A DNA stretch of 64,000 bases from the NCBI GenBank assembly GCA_965224245.1, contig OZ245046.1, positions 4,096,001-4,160,000 of the forward strand, in the 5' to 3' direction. How positions within the stretch are numbered: the stretch's first letter is position 1; every line of letters starts with the position of its first letter. The notes below the pieces were generated by a model. It saw only the letters and a list, made by a program, of their open reading frames with translations, had not been told where the DNA came from and did not search any database. Of this stretch, positions 42,525-53,495 are shown one piece after another. This stretch comes from Candidatus Eiseniibacteriota bacterium (lineage in GTDB: Bacteria > Eisenbacteria > RBG-16-71-46 > CAZAMP01). The translations under genes and the position numbers were made by a program.

Positions 42525-43937
42525 TCACGGAAGCATCGTGAACCTGTGAGTCGCAACGCCGTCCTCCCCGTCGAGCCTCACGAAGTACGTTCCCGGTGCC
42601 ACGGAACGACCGTGTCGGTCGCGTCCGTCCCACGACACCTCGTGACGGCCGGCGCTGAACATCGATCTCGCGAGAGTCCGGACGACTCGACCGCCGACGT
42701 CGAGAATGGCGAGGCGCACCGGCGACGCGGTCCTCGTCTCGAAGGTGATCGACACGTTCGCGGGCGCCGGATTGGGACGCGTCTCGATGATCATGCGTGT
42801 CGCTGGATCCGTCGTCGGCGCGACGTCGAGCGGCGCCACGATGTCGATTGGAAGGTTGGCCTCGGACTCGTGGATCAAGCTCGCGCCGTCGTAGATCCGC
42901 ATTCGCGTCACCGCGCTCGTGTACGACTGGTCGAACGTGTGCTCGTACTCGCCGCCGGCAAAGTCCGCGTCGACGAGCGTCGCGAACACCTCGAACGAGG
43001 TCTCCTCGCCGTCGCGGATGGCGAGCTCGAACGAGCGAGAGCCCGATGCGAGCGTACCTCCATCATCCGCGCGACTTCTGCCGGTGCAATCGACGCTGCA
43101 GTCGCAATGACCGACCCCCACGACGAGACTGTTTCCGCCATGAACGCGCTGTGTCCACCCCCAGCTGGGTGTGCATCCGAGCCAGTACGGATCGCCGTAG
43201 AGACACAACAGGGAGCCGATGACGCTGAAGTCGGGCGAGTCGAAGACGAACGGGCAGGACGCATCGTCGTACATCATGCAGCCGGAATCGCCGTCCGAGT
43301 GCTTGACGCCGAGGGCGTGGGCAAGCTCGTGCATGACGACGGAGGCGCGATCGAACGTGGTGGCTCCCCAGGCCACCGTGGGGTTGAGGTCGATGCAGAC
43401 CAGCTCGGCGGCCTTGGGTTCGCGGAAACCTCGATCCGTCGCGACGACCGAGGTGTATCCGAGGAAGACGGTGTACCCCAGCTCCTCTCCCGAGCAAGCC
43501 ACGTTCATGTCCGTCGGCGGAGCCGCGCTCTCGCAGGTGATGATCCCGCCATCCATTTCGCCGTACGTGAAGACGATTCCGAAGCCGGGAAGATCGGATA
43601 CCTGACCCGCGTAGTAGATCGAGAACGCCGACCCCAGATCGGCCGCGGACACCAGGTTGAACTGGTTGACCGCGTTCTGGATCGCCGACCTCATGGCGAG
43701 GCAGGGGCCGTCGGAGCATCCGGCGAGACCAGGGCCGAAGTAGTAGGGGATGACTGCCTCACATCCGCTCGTCGGATACCATTTGTAGCCGAGGTTTTTC
43801 GGGGTACACATGGCAGACGTGCGGGCGACACCCCCCTCCGGGTCCGAGGGCTCCGTGGTCTTCAGGTCCGGACTGGCGCCCACGTTGGCGGTGGCGCCGA
43901 CAAATGCGAATCCGAGTACGAGACCTCTCTTCGGCAT
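42525..43937 (-). CDS. Secreted metzincin (matrixin-like) metalloprotease with Ig CTD
   Basis: HELAHALGVKHS plus Met-turn (CMM); CTD RPNP..WDGRDRHGRSVAPGTYFVR. Confidence 0.85.
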   Translation of the reverse strand: MPKRGLVLGFAFVGATANVGASPDLKTTEPSDPEGGVARTSAMCTPKNLGYKWYPTSGCEAVIPYYFGPGLAGCSDGPCLAMRSAIQNAVNQFNLVSAADLGSAFSIYYAGQVSDLPGFGIVFTYGEMDGGIITCESAAPPTDMNVACSGEELGYTVFLGYTSVVATDRGFREPKAAELVCIDLNPTVAWGATTFDRASVVMHELAHALGVKHSDGDSGCMMYDDASCPFVFDSPDFSVIGSLLCLYGDPYWLGCTPSWGWTQRVHGGNSLVVGVGHCDCSVDCTGRSRADDGGTLASGSRSFELAIRDGEETSFEVFATLVDADFAGGEYEHTFDQSYTSAVTRMRIYDGASLIHESEANLPIDIVAPLDVAPTTDPATRMIIETRPNPAPANVSITFETRTASPVRLAILDVGGRVVRTLARSMFSAGRHEVSWDGRDRHGRSVAPGTYFVRLDGEDGVATHRFTMLP

Positions 43938-44340
43938 CGACACGGCGGCTCCCTTCGCTCTCTTCCGGGTTTCGCTCCGGACCGGCATCCCCGGGTGGGG
44001 TGCTGTGCCACTACGCGTCAAATCGCCGCGAATGAGGCCAGCTCCGAGCTCCTTCCTCGACCGGTGAGACTCTCAGCCGCCGTCGGCGGCCGACATGGCG
44101 TCCAATCACCCGGGAGAGTGTCGGGTCGATGTCTCTGACCGCGACTCAACCTCTTGATAGTGAGTGAGTTGTGGCTGTGAGCGCGTACCGCTCCCCGTGC
44201 TCCGCCACGAGGCTCCCGGGCGTGGCCCCTGACGCCGGTACGGCCCCGGCTCGCGTGTGGAGGGACCCGGAGACAGGGCGGGACCTGGAGACGTTCGATG
44301 TGGAGCCGGGTAGGGACAGGCAAGTCGTCTCGAGGAGCGG

Positions 44341-44470
44341 TTCACGATCGAAGCGGATGTCCCGGACGCCGACCGCGCTCCGGACGGACGGCTTCTCCTG
44401 ATCGAGACCGCGGAGGCGGTGCGAGATGCGAGCGTGACCGTGGTCCTGAACGGGTTCGGCAGCTCAAAGG
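44341..44470 (+). pseudogene. Relic C-terminus of a kinase-PD40 gene
   Basis: ADRAPDGRLLLIE..VTVVLNGF resembles PTPDGQRFLVL..VQVIVNW at the end of the 8804 kinase. Confidence 0.4.
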
Positions 44471-44559
44471 GCGGAATCCCTGATCGGGAACTGATCGCGC
44501 CAGGCGGAGTCGTACCCGGAACGCATCATGACCCTGACGCCCGCGCCCCGATGCCGGTC

Positions 44560-45249
44560 CTATCCGCCGGTCACGGCGACGGTGGTGGCCGCGGCGGCCG
44601 CGGCGTGCATCGCCTCGATCGCGGCCTTGGTGGCCTCGCTCGCCACCTGGCCCTCGGCGATCGCCTCCAGCCGCTTCTTGCGAGGCTTGAGATCCTTCCG
44701 GGTGAACGACGTCTTCAGGAGATCCGAGCGCCAGGCGAGCGAGACCGCGACGGCGGTCCGGGCGTCGACGTCACCCTCGCTGAAGATCGCGTCCCGCATG
44801 CGAGCCACGAGCGCGCGCTCGGGCTCGGGGTTCCGTTCGGGGTAGATCTTGCGGGTGAAGATGAACAGGACGGTGTCCTCGTCGGCGCGAAGCACGCCCT
44901 TCCTGCAGAGCGAGCGCGCCACGCGGTCCCGGAGCTTCTTCAGCCGGGAGAACCGCTGGACCCACATGACCGCCTGTGCGCGGCGACCGGCGTCGGCGAC
45001 CCTGGCCAGCGCCTCGTCCATGACCTCGTCGCCGACGCGCATGGCCGACGCGACCTCGATCATCTTCTTCTTGCCCTTTCGCCCCTCCGACACCACGCGA
45101 AGACGCTCCTGGAGAAGCAGCTCGGCCAGGACCGCGCCGCCCAGCGCCAGCTTCCAGTTGGTCATGCCGTGCATCGTGCCCTTGCGGTCGCGAAGGGCCA
45201 GAAGCAGCAGCTCCTCGGTCAGGAGGAGCGTCGTCTGCGAGCCTGCCAT
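44560..45249 (-). CDS. GPP34/GOLPH3/Vps74 family protein
   Basis: LTEELLLLALRDRKG, LGGAVLAELLL, GDEVMDEAL, L..KGVLR and FIFTRKIYP motifs. Confidence 0.88.
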   Translation of the reverse strand: MAGSQTTLLLTEELLLLALRDRKGTMHGMTNWKLALGGAVLAELLLQERLRVVSEGRKGKKKMIEVASAMRVGDEVMDEALARVADAGRRAQAVMWVQRFSRLKKLRDRVARSLCRKGVLRADEDTVLFIFTRKIYPERNPEPERALVARMRDAIFSEGDVDARTAVAVSLAWRSDLLKTSFTRKDLKPRKKRLEAIAEGQVASEATKAAIEAMHAAAAAATTVAVTGG

Positions 45250-45447
45250 CGTGAGCTCCTTGTCGAGGCGAAGTGAATGCAAGTGTAGCAGCATGACGAC
45301 TGCACCTCACGTCCTGCACCCGAGGGCGGTCGTGCCCGAAGTCGGTCTGCTGCTCGACCCTGCGCCGTTCAGCCGAGGTTGAGGCATGATCGCGCCCGGT
45401 GGTACTCTTCGAGTCCCTCCCCACCCACCCCAATCTGGAGGTGTGTG

Positions 45448-47142
45448 ATGACTCGCGGTACGCCGGCCCTCGGCTCGGTGGTCCTGCTCCTCACCCTGAC
45501 CGCATCGCTCTCCGGTCGGACGCTCCACGTGAGCTCGATCCCCGATGCGGGCCCCACGGCGCGATGGGCGTTCGACGCCACGCCGCGCGCCGGATGTCCG
45601 TGCGACAGCACCGTCGTGGACTCGACCCTCTATCGACTCGACATACCGGGGTTCGTCTACAGCTTCGGTGACACCGTTCGCTACGAGTACCGGGTCACCA
45701 ACCAAGGCGCCATCGACCGAGAGTACTGGTTCTCGACCTCCTGTCAGGATTGGTACGCGGCCTATCCCGGGGACTGCGGTCCGTTCGACTCCGGCTGCGA
45801 CCCCGCCTGGGAGGCCCCCTGGGGCTGCTTCCTCGCCTCGTCGCACTTCGCGCTCGCCCCGGGCGAGACCCAGACGTTCGTCTTCGACTGGCGCCTCCAC
45901 GGGATCGATGGAGATCCAGTGCCACCGGGCGCGTACACGGTCTACGCGGCCATGCGGAACGACTACCCGGGCACGATGCTGTCGGTGCCGATCGACGTCG
46001 TGCCGTACGGCCCGCGGCTCATCCAGGAGGCGCTCGACGTCGCTACGGCTGGTGACACCGTCGTGGTCGCACCCGGAACGTACCCGGAGAACATCGTCTT
46101 CGACGACTCCCACGACGGGGTCCGGCTCATCTCGTCCGGAGGACCGGACGAGACGATCATCGACGGCGGTGGCCGCGGCAGCGTCGTCTACTTCCGAAAC
46201 GTCGGACCCTCCACCGTGCTCGAGGGCTTCACGATCCAGAACGGCCGGAACGAGTCCACGTCCGAGTTCTGGACGTACGTCGGCGGAGGGATCTCGCTGA
46301 TCCAGTCCGCACGGCCGACGATCCGCGGAAACGTCATCCGCGACAACCGAAGCGACAGCGGGGGCGGGATCTCGGCGGCACACGCGTGCGGAGCGCTCAT
46401 CACGGGGAACCTGTTCCTGGACAACGAGGCGTCGTGGCGTGGCGGCGGCGTCCACATCTGGCTTCCGGGCTACAGCCCCGCCGCGCTGGTCACCGGGAAC
46501 ACGTTCGTCGGCAACCGCGCGACGAACGGCGGGGGCGTCTACGCGCGCACCCCGTACGATGGCTTCACCACCGTGTCGAGGAACATCTTCTATCGCAACC
46601 AGAGCGAGGGTGCCGGTGGAGCGCTCTACTGCCACGGCGGATCGGGCCGCATCGTTCGCGACCAGTGCAACGCGTACTGGGAGAACGTCCCCGACGACAT
46701 GACGACGTCGTGCCAGACGATCGACCCCGTCCTCTCCGATCCCCGCTTCTGCGATCCGGACGCGGAAGACTACCGACTTCAGGTCGGATCACCGTGCTCG
46801 GCGGAGGAGAATCCCGGCTGCGGCCTCATCGGCGCGTACGACGTGTCGTGCCCGATGATCGACGTGGCGACCGTGGCACCCCCAGCGCCGGGGGTCCGGC
46901 TGGAGCCCAACCCGTTCCGGGCGCGCATCGGGATCCGGGTCACCGGCTCTGCCCCGGTCGACGCACGCGTCGACGTCTACTCCTCGGGTGGGCGTCGGGT
47001 GTGGTCGACCCCGTTCACGCGCGCGGTCCTCTGGGAGGGTCGCGACCTGAGCGGACGTCCGATCGCCCCGGGAACGTACTTCGTTCGCGTGAGGGCCGGT
47101 ACCGCGATCGTCACCGAGAAGGTCGTTCGGCTGCCCGAGTAG
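45448..47142 (+). CDS. Secreted right-handed beta-helix protein with N-terminal BsuPI-like domain and Ig CTD
   Basis: IQEALD.A..GDTVVVAPGTYPENI, N..GGG repeats, DPRFC..DYRLQVGSPC; CTD EPNPF..APGTYFVR. Confidence 0.85.
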   Translation: MTRGTPALGSVVLLLTLTASLSGRTLHVSSIPDAGPTARWAFDATPRAGCPCDSTVVDSTLYRLDIPGFVYSFGDTVRYEYRVTNQGAIDREYWFSTSCQDWYAAYPGDCGPFDSGCDPAWEAPWGCFLASSHFALAPGETQTFVFDWRLHGIDGDPVPPGAYTVYAAMRNDYPGTMLSVPIDVVPYGPRLIQEALDVATAGDTVVVAPGTYPENIVFDDSHDGVRLISSGGPDETIIDGGGRGSVVYFRNVGPSTVLEGFTIQNGRNESTSEFWTYVGGGISLIQSARPTIRGNVIRDNRSDSGGGISAAHACGALITGNLFLDNEASWRGGGVHIWLPGYSPAALVTGNTFVGNRATNGGGVYARTPYDGFTTVSRNIFYRNQSEGAGGALYCHGGSGRIVRDQCNAYWENVPDDMTTSCQTIDPVLSDPRFCDPDAEDYRLQVGSPCSAEENPGCGLIGAYDVSCPMIDVATVAPPAPGVRLEPNPFRARIGIRVTGSAPVDARVDVYSSGGRRVWSTPFTRAVLWEGRDLSGRPIAPGTYFVRVRAGTAIVTEKVVRLPE

Positions 47143-47322
47143 GTGCCCGGCGGCAGCTCGACGGCATGAACCCCGAGCGGCAGGAGCGGCTCGCCGAGCG
47201 GAATCGCCCTGTCCCTGCGACGCCACGTCGCACCCGTCTTCGAGCTCGCACGTCCCTCCCCGGTAACCGCGTCAGCCGGGACAACGTCGATGCGTTCTCG
47301 GTACGGACAGGCGGCGCAATCG

Positions 47323-47865
47323 TCAAGCGGTATCCACCACCTCCCCGCGCAGGATGGCGTAGACCTCGACGTCGTGATGACGTCCCTCGTGGAACCAGGC
47401 GCCGCGCGCGGTGCCCTCGTGGCGATACCCGCACTTCTCCGCCACGCGCCGCGACGCGGCGTTGTCGGGATGGATGATCAGACGGATCCGGTTGAGCCGC
47501 GTACGATGGAACAGGAGGCGGGTCATCAGCCCCACGGCCTCGGTGGCGATGCCCTTGCCGGTGTGCTCCCGCGCGTAGACGTGGTAGCTGAGCTCGAGCT
47601 CGTCCAGATAGGGAACGGTCCGGAAGAACTCCACGTGTCCGACCACCTCGTCCGTGTCGAGGGTGTTGACGAGCAGTGTTCCGTCGTTCTCGCTCCAGAA
47701 CCCCGTCTCTGCATACTTTCGTCGGAACAACGGCTCGGGGAGCACGCCGATCGGGAAATACGGCCCCCGGTTGGCGACGTCCTGATGGTGCTCGTAGAAG
47801 CGTTCGAGATCGGCTTCCCTGACCTGCCGAAGGCCGACGCTGCTTCCCCGTACGATCATCGGCAC
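47323..47865 (-). CDS. GNAT N-acetyltransferase (RimJ/RimL type)
   Basis: GKGIATEA and NAASRRVAEKCGY..EGTAR motifs. Confidence 0.92.
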   Translation of the reverse strand: MPMIVRGSSVGLRQVREADLERFYEHHQDVANRGPYFPIGVLPEPLFRRKYAETGFWSENDGTLLVNTLDTDEVVGHVEFFRTVPYLDELELSYHVYAREHTGKGIATEAVGLMTRLLFHRTRLNRIRLIIHPDNAASRRVAEKCGYRHEGTARGAWFHEGRHHDVEVYAILRGEVVDTA

Positions 47866-48085
47866 CCCTTTCCCGCGGAGTCACGTGGCCGGTCGAGGCA
47901 TCGCCCGAGACACCGCGACCGGCAGCCATGGAGAACGGAAGAGACGCGTACCTCGATGTGGAGCTGGCAGCGGCAAGTGTACCGCATCCCTCCCCTGCCT
48001 GCTCCGACCCTGTTCCGGGGTTCGATGGGCTTTCGCACGGCAGGAAGCCGACCGCGGCGACGACGCACGCTCGGTCAGGTCGCAA

Positions 48086-49150
48086 TCACGGAGCCAGTGT
48101 GAGCCGCCGGATGACCGGGTCCGAGCCCCGTGAAGACGTGACTGCCAGGAAATAGACACCCGGGGCGACGCGACGCGAGCCGCCGATTCTCAGGTCCCAT
48201 CTCAGGAGACCGGTTCCGGAACGATCCGACCAGACCGTCCGCCCGCCCACGTCGTACACGCTCACCGTCATCTCTCCGCCGTGATCGGGCACATGAATGA
48301 CGACGGACTCGGACGCCGGGTTCGGGTGGATGCTGACATCCATGACCGGGGTGACGTCGTCGACGTCGAGCATCGTGGACGCGAGCGCGAGGCCGAGCAG
48401 CGTGTAGTCGGGGTTGTATCGTACCGAGTCCAGCAGGGCGAACGACGGATACCCGATCAGGTACAGGAAGCCGTTGGCTCCGACGCCCCAGAGAGAATCC
48501 GTGGCGGCGTTGAACTCGATGTCACTGATGGGTCGGTACCCGTCCTGCGCCGCATGCTGGTCGAAGGTCGATCCCGGTGGTCGGGAGACGTCGACCAGAC
48601 GCCGATCGTCCGGAGCGGGCGGGGTCACGTCGAGCCACAGGGCCTCACCCGAGGGACTGCGGCAGAGGCCGTCGCCATCGGCACTGGACGTGACGCTGGT
48701 GAAGCTGACGACGTCGGTCACCAGCCCGTCGAGGAACAGGCGGCCGAGCGCGTCCGACGAGACCGCTGCGCTGCTCGCGTGATGGAAGCTGGTCCAGAGC
48801 TCACCATCGATGGATGCCAGACCCTCCGCATGCGGCACCGGAACTCCGGCGACGTTGAGCGTGTCGCGTGTGGCGATGTTCCCGAACGTGTCGAGGGAGA
48901 ACACTTCGGCGACGCCATCGGTGAACAGCGAGTTCACGACGTAGATGACGTCGCCCACCACCGCCAGATCCGGATCCCGCATGTCGGCCGCGATCTCACC
49001 CAGAAGCTGAACGCTGCCGTCACGCGTGTCGACGAGAACGAGCTCGTCGCGGCTCGTCTCGATGCTGTAGAACGTCGTGGCACGGGTCTCGATCGCCAGC
49101 GCACAGACGATCGAGAGCAGGACGAATGCGCGCGTCTTCATCGCCGTCAC
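48086..49150 (-). CDS. Secreted beta-propeller-like protein with Ig CTD
   Basis: Signal peptide; CTD HPNP..VYDVGGR..VAPGVYFL. Confidence 0.8.
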   Translation of the reverse strand: MTAMKTRAFVLLSIVCALAIETRATTFYSIETSRDELVLVDTRDGSVQLLGEIAADMRDPDLAVVGDVIYVVNSLFTDGVAEVFSLDTFGNIATRDTLNVAGVPVPHAEGLASIDGELWTSFHHASSAAVSSDALGRLFLDGLVTDVVSFTSVTSSADGDGLCRSPSGEALWLDVTPPAPDDRRLVDVSRPPGSTFDQHAAQDGYRPISDIEFNAATDSLWGVGANGFLYLIGYPSFALLDSVRYNPDYTLLGLALASTMLDVDDVTPVMDVSIHPNPASESVVIHVPDHGGEMTVSVYDVGGRTVWSDRSGTGLLRWDLRIGGSRRVAPGVYFLAVTSSRGSDPVIRRLTLAP

Positions 49151-49625
49151 CCTCCTCTCAGGCGGCGGTTCTGGGGCTGCAGCGGCGCGCGAGCCTCACA
49201 TGCCCCCGGCGTGGCCACTTCAAAATGACGTCAGGCCTCCGGTCGTGAGCCGGGGTTGGTCGGTCCTCGCGGTCGTCCCCGCCCCATGGAGGTAATGCGC
49301 CTTCTCTCGAGAGCGCACGCCTCGTCCCGCGGGTCCCCGTCGGCCTGACCATCCCGGAGCGGGCGGCGGGTGGGAGCCCGGGAATGGCCCCGGGCGAAGA
49401 GACGGAATGCGGACGCGGCTCCGGGCCGCGATGGCGCTCTCAACGTGTTGGAGCTGATCGTGTTGGCCCGTCTCGTCACGCTCCGGCCTGCTCGAGTGCC
49501 TCCACCGAGGGTGCCAGTACGGCTCCGGATTCCGCAGTTCCTGATAGTCCCCGCTCCGGCCGGGCTGCCCGCCTCCGCCGGCAATCGACCCACATGGATC
49601 GAGCGCGGGGCTCAGGAGGTTCAAG

Positions 49626-50060
49626 ATGCTTCAGTGTAACAAGATACGAATCGCGTGGTCGTTGCTCGCGGGGATCGCCGCGGTGGGCACGGCGCTCGCG
49701 GTCTCCGCCTTCGGCGACCACGGATGGGAGTACACGGGTCCGCCTCCGGGACGAGAGACGCCGCATCTCATCGTTCACCGCCCGGTCGACGGCGGGGTGG
49801 TGAACGTCCACACCGACTCGCGGTTCGGGCTCCCACCGCTGCCGCCGAACGAGCTCGAGCGACGGAAGCTCGATCTCGCTCGCGACGCGATCGCCGGAGC
49901 CGACGCCGCCGGTACCCGCTGGATGGTGCCCGCGGACGCCGATCCCCACGTCTTCGACGCCGGTGCGGAGCGAGAGAAGCTCGAGCGCCGGTGGTCGATG
50001 GAGCCACTGCCGGACGTGGACACGCCGGGGACCCCACTGGAGAGCGGAGGTGAGCGATGA
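49626..50060 (+). CDS. Small secreted hypothetical protein
   Basis: AGGAGG RBS, signal peptide, ATGA overlap with the next gene. Confidence 0.7.
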   Translation: MLQCNKIRIAWSLLAGIAAVGTALAVSAFGDHGWEYTGPPPGRETPHLIVHRPVDGGVVNVHTDSRFGLPPLPPNELERRKLDLARDAIAGADAAGTRWMVPADADPHVFDAGAEREKLERRWSMEPLPDVDTPGTPLESGGER

Positions 50061-53000
50061 CGCGCAGCATCCTTCTCACCGCCGCGCTCGCCGCCACGAT
50101 CTCGTTCGGCGACGCCCACGCGCAGTCCGAGCCGATTCTCGGGCCCTGCTACGAGACACGCGAGCACGAAGACGTCTACCGAGGCGACTCCACCAGCGGC
50201 GCCTCGATGCCGGAGAAGACGGCCGCCCACCGGTGCGTGGAGCCCGACGGGTCGGAAGACCGGTCCTCGGGATGGGCCGAAGCACGCCGAGGTGGCACCT
50301 ATGTGGACAGAGATACGGCCCACTATCCGCGCGGATCGATCTTGAACGTGATCCTGTTCATCGACCACGACGGCGGGACGTGGACCTGCGACGAGCGCAA
50401 CGCGATGGCGGAGAAGGCGTCGGATGCCAAGCAGTTCTACCTGAATCACATGCCGCCGGAGGGCTTCCTCACCTGGGACAACGAGGGATCCTCATCCTAC
50501 TGGTACTACCGGGCCACGTTGCCGTACGACGTGAGCGAGATGGCCTCCCTGCACAGCTTCGATGAGTACATGGTCGAAGACGCCATCGAGCTCCTGGGCT
50601 TCAGCGACGAGGACGGGGACGGCGGGGTCATCGACGACATGACGCTGTGGCTCCAGAACTGGGGTGGAGGCTGGGACAACGTCATTCTCACGGCGACGCC
50701 CGCCGACTACAACTTCCGCGCCCGAGCGTCGCTGACACGTGCATACATCCGGGTGGACCAGTACGACGAAGCGGGCGTGTGGGCGCACGAGTGGGGACAC
50801 GTACTCGGGGCCTGCGACGAATACGTGGACTTTTGGGATGAGGGGCAACGCGACTCGTGCCAGAGTGGGGTCGACTGCGGTCCGTGCCCGGCGAGCCCAT
50901 ACATCACGGTGAACCCGGAGGATTATCCGGACAACGCCAACTGTGTCCTGTGCGGAACCGATCCCTGCATCATGAAGTCGTCGCGCGGCAGCTACGACGG
51001 CCCGCCTTGCTCGGCGACCCACGGGCAGTGGGCGTGGGTGGACGCCGACGGGAATGGCCGACTCGACAAGACGATCGCCTGGGATCCGCTCGCCGAGGAC
51101 GTCTACGAGATCTACGAGCTGCCCCACAACACGACCTGGACCCACTCCCGTACCGACTGGGGACTGGTGGCGAACCAGAAGTGGACGAGCTGGAGCGCGA
51201 TCGGGGTGCGCACCCGCAGCACCGCGAACTGGAACCTGTGGGTGTACGGCGACAACAACCGCAACTACCTCCAGGGGTGGTCGGTGTACCCGGACCCGAA
51301 CGACGTGGACTTCGTGGTCGGCGACTTCAACCACGACAACCTGGGGCAGGATCACGTTCGCGTGTACAAGACGTCCGGCAGTGGACAGTACGTGCTGCAT
51401 CACGAGGCCGGGAACCAGATGCTGTTCGCCGACGGCGTCGTGCGATCGAAGACGTGGCAGTCGCTCCAGGTCGTGCGCGCCTTCGACGTCCCGCTGTTCG
51501 CCGGCGAGACCATCCGCTTCGAGCTCGACGTGCAGAGCGCCGGGCTCGACCTCGGCATGGCGCTCTTCAAGTCGAACGGCGGCACCTACTACGGGAGCCG
51601 CGCGACGGCGGAGATCGAGGTGGACGGGTTCGGGGCCGGCGCCGACGAGTTCTTCGAGTACACCGTGACGGACGACGACGTCTACGGCCTCATCCTGTGG
51701 TCGAACGCCGAGACGGGGGGCGACTTCACCATCCAGGTCGGGCCGACGACGTACGCGCTAGCCGAGGAGGCTCGATACACCACCTTCGCCGAGCTCCAGC
51801 TCTTCTCGTTCGCTCCGTACACGAACTACTGGGCGGTGTCGGCCGTCCGGCCCGGTGCGAGCTCGAACGTGAGGCTCCGGCAGTACGAGGAGTCGACCTT
51901 CGAGACGCTGCTGCAGACCTCGGGCGCGTACCCGAACGTGGAGTTCGTTGCGTCGGACTACAACCCCGGCTTCTCGACGGACTACCTGCGCGTGCTCCGA
52001 CAGAGCGGCGGCACCGCGCACACCACGCAGTGGGAGCAGGGGGCGGACATCCTGGCGGGCTGGCAGGCCGACAACTGGGGATCGGGATTCGTCTGCAAGG
52101 TCTGGGACACTCACCTCCTGGCCGGGCAGAAGTACCGGGTCCAGCAGTACGACGAGCTCTTCAATCCCATCAGTGCCGGCATCTATCTCGTGAGCTCGGC
52201 CGACGGTGACCGCTACAAGGCGCGCAGCGGGGCGGAGGTGGGCAGCAACGAGCGCACCGTGTTCGCGGAGTGGTTCACCTACACGCCGTCCGTGGACGAC
52301 TGGTACGGACTGGTGATGATCGCCAACGACAACTCCGACGGTGCGTATACCATCGGCGTCGGGCCCTCCGAGGTGCTGACCGAACAGTCACCGGTCGTGT
52401 TCCCCGACGAGATCGTCTGGGGAGACATCGACAGCGAGGCCGGCTCGTGGACGGTGGCCGGAGTTCGCCCGGAAGCCGGGTCGATCTCGTCGATGTGGAT
52501 CTGGGACTGCAAGGACCGCATCCTCCCATGCTTCCGTGACGGCGACTCGTCCGGCGATCTCGTCCGCTACGTCGCGATCGACGCCAACCACGAGGCGGCC
52601 GCGACGTACTACACCCGCGCCGACCGCAACGCCGGCGTCGGCGAGCAGGCGGTGTCGTTCGACGTGGCGGAGGCGACCGACATCTCGTTCGATGATCTCG
52701 ACGAGGCCGAGCACGCCTCGGGTTCGTTCGTCGAGGACGAGGTCGTCCAGGTTTGGGACCTGGACGTCACGATCGCTCCGGTGACGGTTCAGGTGGTCGT
52801 CGTGCCCCGATCCCCCGATCTGGATCTCGCCGTATCCGTGCACGACTCGGGGGATGGAGACCTCATCCAGGGATCGGCCGACGCGATCGCGGTCGTGAAC
52901 GATCTCGGCGCCGGAGGCCAGGAGGTGCTCCTCTTCGACGCGGCCGTGAGTGACGTCTTTGGTCTCGTGGTGACGAACCGGAGCGGCGCGGCGGGTGACT

Positions 53001-53329
53001 ACGACATCCACGTGTACGATCCGGGACTTCTGGACGTGGGCGAGGACGCGGCGCCTCGCGAGCTCGCCTTCCAGGCCGTCGGTGTCGCGTCCGAACGACC
53101 CACGTTCCGCCTCGCGTTGCCCGAATCCTCGCCCGTGCGCGTCGACGTGTTCGACGTGAACGGCCGGCGGGTCCGGACGTTGGCCGACGAGGAGCTACCG
53201 TCGGGTGTGCACTTGCTGGCCTGGGACGGCCGGTCGGCGGGAGGAGCTCCGGTGGCCTCGGGGATCTACTTCGCGCGGCTGCGCACGAGCAGCGACGAGC
53301 GAGTGGTGAAGCTGGTGCGGCGCCGTTGA
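50057..53329 (+). CDS. Large secreted zinc metalloprotease with repeated PPC-like domains and Ig CTD
   Basis: AHEWGHVLGACDEY plus CIM; repeated (W)xAxGVR and DLGMALF modules; CTD WDGRSAGGAPVASGIYFAR. Confidence 0.85.
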   Translation: MTRSILLTAALAATISFGDAHAQSEPILGPCYETREHEDVYRGDSTSGASMPEKTAAHRCVEPDGSEDRSSGWAEARRGGTYVDRDTAHYPRGSILNVILFIDHDGGTWTCDERNAMAEKASDAKQFYLNHMPPEGFLTWDNEGSSSYWYYRATLPYDVSEMASLHSFDEYMVEDAIELLGFSDEDGDGGVIDDMTLWLQNWGGGWDNVILTATPADYNFRARASLTRAYIRVDQYDEAGVWAHEWGHVLGACDEYVDFWDEGQRDSCQSGVDCGPCPASPYITVNPEDYPDNANCVLCGTDPCIMKSSRGSYDGPPCSATHGQWAWVDADGNGRLDKTIAWDPLAEDVYEIYELPHNTTWTHSRTDWGLVANQKWTSWSAIGVRTRSTANWNLWVYGDNNRNYLQGWSVYPDPNDVDFVVGDFNHDNLGQDHVRVYKTSGSGQYVLHHEAGNQMLFADGVVRSKTWQSLQVVRAFDVPLFAGETIRFELDVQSAGLDLGMALFKSNGGTYYGSRATAEIEVDGFGAGADEFFEYTVTDDDVYGLILWSNAETGGDFTIQVGPTTYALAEEARYTTFAELQLFSFAPYTNYWAVSAVRPGASSNVRLRQYEESTFETLLQTSGAYPNVEFVASDYNPGFSTDYLRVLRQSGGTAHTTQWEQGADILAGWQADNWGSGFVCKVWDTHLLAGQKYRVQQYDELFNPISAGIYLVSSADGDRYKARSGAEVGSNERTVFAEWFTYTPSVDDWYGLVMIANDNSDGAYTIGVGPSEVLTEQSPVVFPDEIVWGDIDSEAGSWTVAGVRPEAGSISSMWIWDCKDRILPCFRDGDSSGDLVRYVAIDANHEAAATYYTRADRNAGVGEQAVSFDVAEATDISFDDLDEAEHASGSFVEDEVVQVWDLDVTIAPVTVQVVVVPRSPDLDLAVSVHDSGDGDLIQGSADAIAVVNDLGAGGQEVLLFDAAVSDVFGLVVTNRSGAAGDYDIHVYDPGLLDVGEDAAPRELAFQAVGVASERPTFRLALPESSPVRVDVFDVNGRRVRTLADEELPSGVHLLAWDGRSAGGAPVASGIYFARLRTSSDERVVKLVRRR

Positions 53330-53352
53330 GATGGTCGCTGGGGCCGGTGTCC

Positions 53353-53382
53353 CGGGGCCCGGATCGGACGATCCGGGCCCCG
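53353..53382. terminator. Perfect 13-bp GC hairpin between convergent genes
   Basis: CGGGGCCCGGATC-GGAC-GATCCGGGCCCCG; no U tract. Confidence 0.55.
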
Positions 53383-53495
53383 AACGTGATCCTCGGCACG
53401 GCGGCCTGGCCAAGGACCCCGACGACCGCCGGCAGACGCCGGTCAGGCGAGGCATACGTCCTTCGGCGAGGCTGCGCGACCGGCGGACGCCTGGG

